The notes beneath the pieces are model-generated. The model saw only the letters and a program-made list of their open reading frames with translations, was not told the origin of the DNA and did no database searches. A stretch of 63,471 nt of DNA, the filler included, from Ministeria vibrans ATCC 50519 (lineage: Eukaryota; Protista; Filasterea), in NCBI GenBank assembly GCA_943704425.1. It is 8 parts of 8 records of this genome, joined end to end, with 100 filler letters (N's around TTAATTAATTAA, not from the genome) between each part and the next. Parts side by side here need not be neighbours in the genome. Positions count along the whole stretch, not along the records: positions 59,529 to 62,192 come from CALSCP010001743.1; positions 62,293 to 63,471 come from CALSCP010001973.1; 6 more parts are not named here. The stretch is one strand, 5' to 3'. A program made the translations under genes and the position numbers. Shown one piece after another: positions 61,181 to 63,471 of the stretch; within the stretch, counting starts at the first letter, position 1, and each line of letters begins with the position of its first letter.

Positions 61181-61524
61181 AACACATACAGAGAAATAGA
61201 CAGACACATCCATCCACCCAGAGACACCGCAGTGTAGTATGCTGTAGTGGAGTGGAGTGTCGCGTACCTTCAACTTGTCGGCGAACTCTTCGGCTGCCTC
61301 AATCTACAGCGAAATCATGAGACGACGAGAGATCCTTTTCCCTTACCGATCCTTCGTCGCCACTATGAAGTGCCTCAAGAACCTTGGTGGCAGAATGGCA
61401 CAGCGCAACACACTCCTACAGCGAAACAAACGCAACGCAATGTCTATTGACTCATGCGATAAAAATACAATCACAAAACACTCACCCGCTCCGCTTCGGC
61501 GAATGCCGGTAATGACTCACGCAT
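60685..61524 (-). CDS. Mediator subunit MED11-like protein (~101 aa, five exons)
   Basis: Spliced product MRESLPAFAEAER|ECVALCHSATKVLEAL..|..EEFADKLK|KIRDILYKFV...SSY|GAQMDLALSVQRARILLEHV. Size, helical pattern and SSY motif resemble MED11. Confidence 0.55.
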
Positions 61525-61699
61525 GCTTATCCAAAAAATTAAAGGTGATCCAAGGATAGGTCGGGTCAAGGGTGCAAAAAAATGAATGCTGATTGTCGAA
61601 ACGTCGAATGAAGATCCAATTATCCAAAGTTGCGAACTCTATGCTAAAAGTCAACTTTTTTTTCTCTTGTACACAGTCCCCAGCGGGGCGAATCCGAAC

Positions 61700-61999
61700 A
61701 TGGAGTTGGAAAACATTGTAGCCAACACGCAGTACCTCAAGGCTATGGAGGGTCAGCGTCGCCTGCGTCGTGCGCAATGTTGTGACTGACTCCCTCTTTT
61801 TGTCTCTCTGTCTCTCTCTCTCTGTGTCCCTCTCTGTCTCTCTCTCTCTCTCTCTCTCTGTCTGTCTGTCTCTCTCGGTCTCTCTCCCTCTCTCTTTCGC
61901 ATCCAGGCAAGGGTCGGAGCAAGAAGTGGCGCGATATGCTCAAGTTCCCCCTTGTCTGCAACCTGGGGCCCTTCGAGTCCAAGATGCGCCAGTCGGGCG
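61700..61999 (+). CDS. GRK: G-protein-coupled receptor kinase, GRK4/5/6-type, first two exons
   Basis: MELENIVANTQYLKAMEG|KGRSKKWRDMLKFP. Exons 61700-61751 and 61907-61999; truncated by contig end. Confidence 0.9.
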
Positions 62000-62292
62000 G
62001 TAAGGCCGCGCCCCAACGCAACTCTCCCTGCCCAACTTGCCTTTCTCTCTCCCTTGCGCCCCACCCGCCCCAAACCATCCGCGAACCTCCCCCAACCCTA
62101 CCCCCAGTCTCCCACCCGAGCCTTCGTGCCCCCCTCGCCGCCCCTACCCCCTTCAAACTCTCTCTGTCGTCGCGCTTCTCTTTGGAAAAAAANNNNNNNN
62201 NNNNNNNNNNNNNNNNNNNNNNNNNNNNNNNNNNNNTTAATTAATTAANNNNNNNNNNNNNNNNNNNNNNNNNNNNNNNNNNNNNNNNNNNN

Positions 62293-62369
<77 letters not shown>

Positions 62370-62379
62370 TGTTTCTGTT

Positions 62380-63457
62380 TCAAGTTGAAGGAGGAGTAGC
62401 AACTGCGTGTTCAGGCAGAACAGTCTTGGCCCACTCGGCCAGATCAACCTTCTGTGCGTCCACACGCGCGACAAAAACATCGTCGAGCAACGCTGCGTAC
62501 TTGGGGCGTCGAGCAGGGTCCTTTTCGAGACATTGTGCTACAAATTCGCACAGATCGGTCGGAAACGAGTCAGGCAGCGTCGGCGCAGGCGCATTCACAA
62601 TCGCCCCCAACATCTCAAACAGAGCCCCACTGCGACACCTAATTTGATATATTAGAAAAAAAAGAAAAAAAAAGAGTCCGACGTGCCGGTGCATGAGTGC
62701 GAGTGAGAGTGAGGAAAAAGAAAGCAACAGAGTTGGAAAAGAAATGAGAGAGAATACAAATACGCGATTGTGGTTGGAGCAGTGAAATATAGAACAGCGT
62801 CCGGTCCTTACTTGTCCTTGAAAGGATGTGCGCCGGTTGCAAGTTCAACAATTGACACTCCAAGTGACCATACCTACAATAAATAAATTAATATATAAAA
62901 TTAATAATATTATAATATTAACGCAAATACAAAAGAAACTGACAGTTTTGCTTGACTTACATCGGACTCAATGCCGTAAGTGGAGACCATACCAGCAACG
63001 CGTTCAGGGCACATGTACATGTTCGAGCCTGACGAACGATATGAGCCAGTGTGAGTGTGTAGGGACGGAGACCACACTGCCTCTCCGTCATTTTGCTTCT
63101 CATTGTTCTTTTCCTCGTTTCTCTCTCCATCGCAAATGGTGTTCCTTTTCAATCACTCGCTCCACCCCCCTCCCCCCCTCTATCGTAGGACACCACTGCC
63201 ACCCAACGTGTATTGCCCTGGTGTGCTTGTGTGTCTTACCGATAAAGGTCTGTGTCACAGAGTTGTTCAGACTGCGGTGAGAATCAAACAGATTGAAAAA
63301 CTGTTGAGCTGTTTGTCGCACGACTCTCGATTTTTATTCATTGTTACCGTCCGCTGATTCCGAGATCACACAATTTGATTTCACCTTGACTGTTGAATAG
63401 AATATTGCTAGGCTTTACGTCGCGGTGGATAATCTGATGTTCAGTGTAAAGGTAATT
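62380..63457 (-). CDS. MAP kinase kinase (MAP2K/STE7 family), C-terminal five exons
   Basis: [29 protein letters not shown]|[11 protein letters not shown]|[15 protein letters not shown]|[14 protein letters not shown]..|..[27 protein letters not shown]. Confidence 0.92.
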
Positions 63458-63471
63458 CTGCAAAAAAAAAA

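Overview
Intron-rich eukaryotic nuclear DNA from a compact protist genome. It is probably a unicellular holozoan or opisthokont, inferred from GRK4/5/6-like, REPS-like and CaV-beta-like genes, TOM1 and TTAGGG telomeres. The window is eight unrelated contigs joined by artificial 100-nt N..TTAATTAATTAA..N spacers, so adjacency across spacers is meaningless. Ordinary genes include a long MRP/ABCC transporter, a chorein-N (BLTP3-like) protein, a tandem-PH protein, an XLF-like protein, TOM1, mitoferrin, CDC5L, MRPL30, MTHFS, RPS14, a REPS-like protein, a MED11-like protein, and GRK and MAP2K fragments. Four observations stand out. (1) A probably subtelomeric gene fuses ~17 internally conserved ARM repeats with variable surface positions, a non-RD kinase and an intact H-Y-E tankyrase-type PARP domain; it is a candidate sensor-effector (immune-like) protein. 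(2) A tRNA-Leu(CAA) gene has a canonical intron plus a second, archaeal-style D-arm intron. (3) Two different telomere-repeat-associated retroelement remnants are present. (4) A secreted protein has a bacterial-type lamin-tail-like domain inserted three times inside split EGF modules. All family calls come from motif recognition by eye; no database searches were run.
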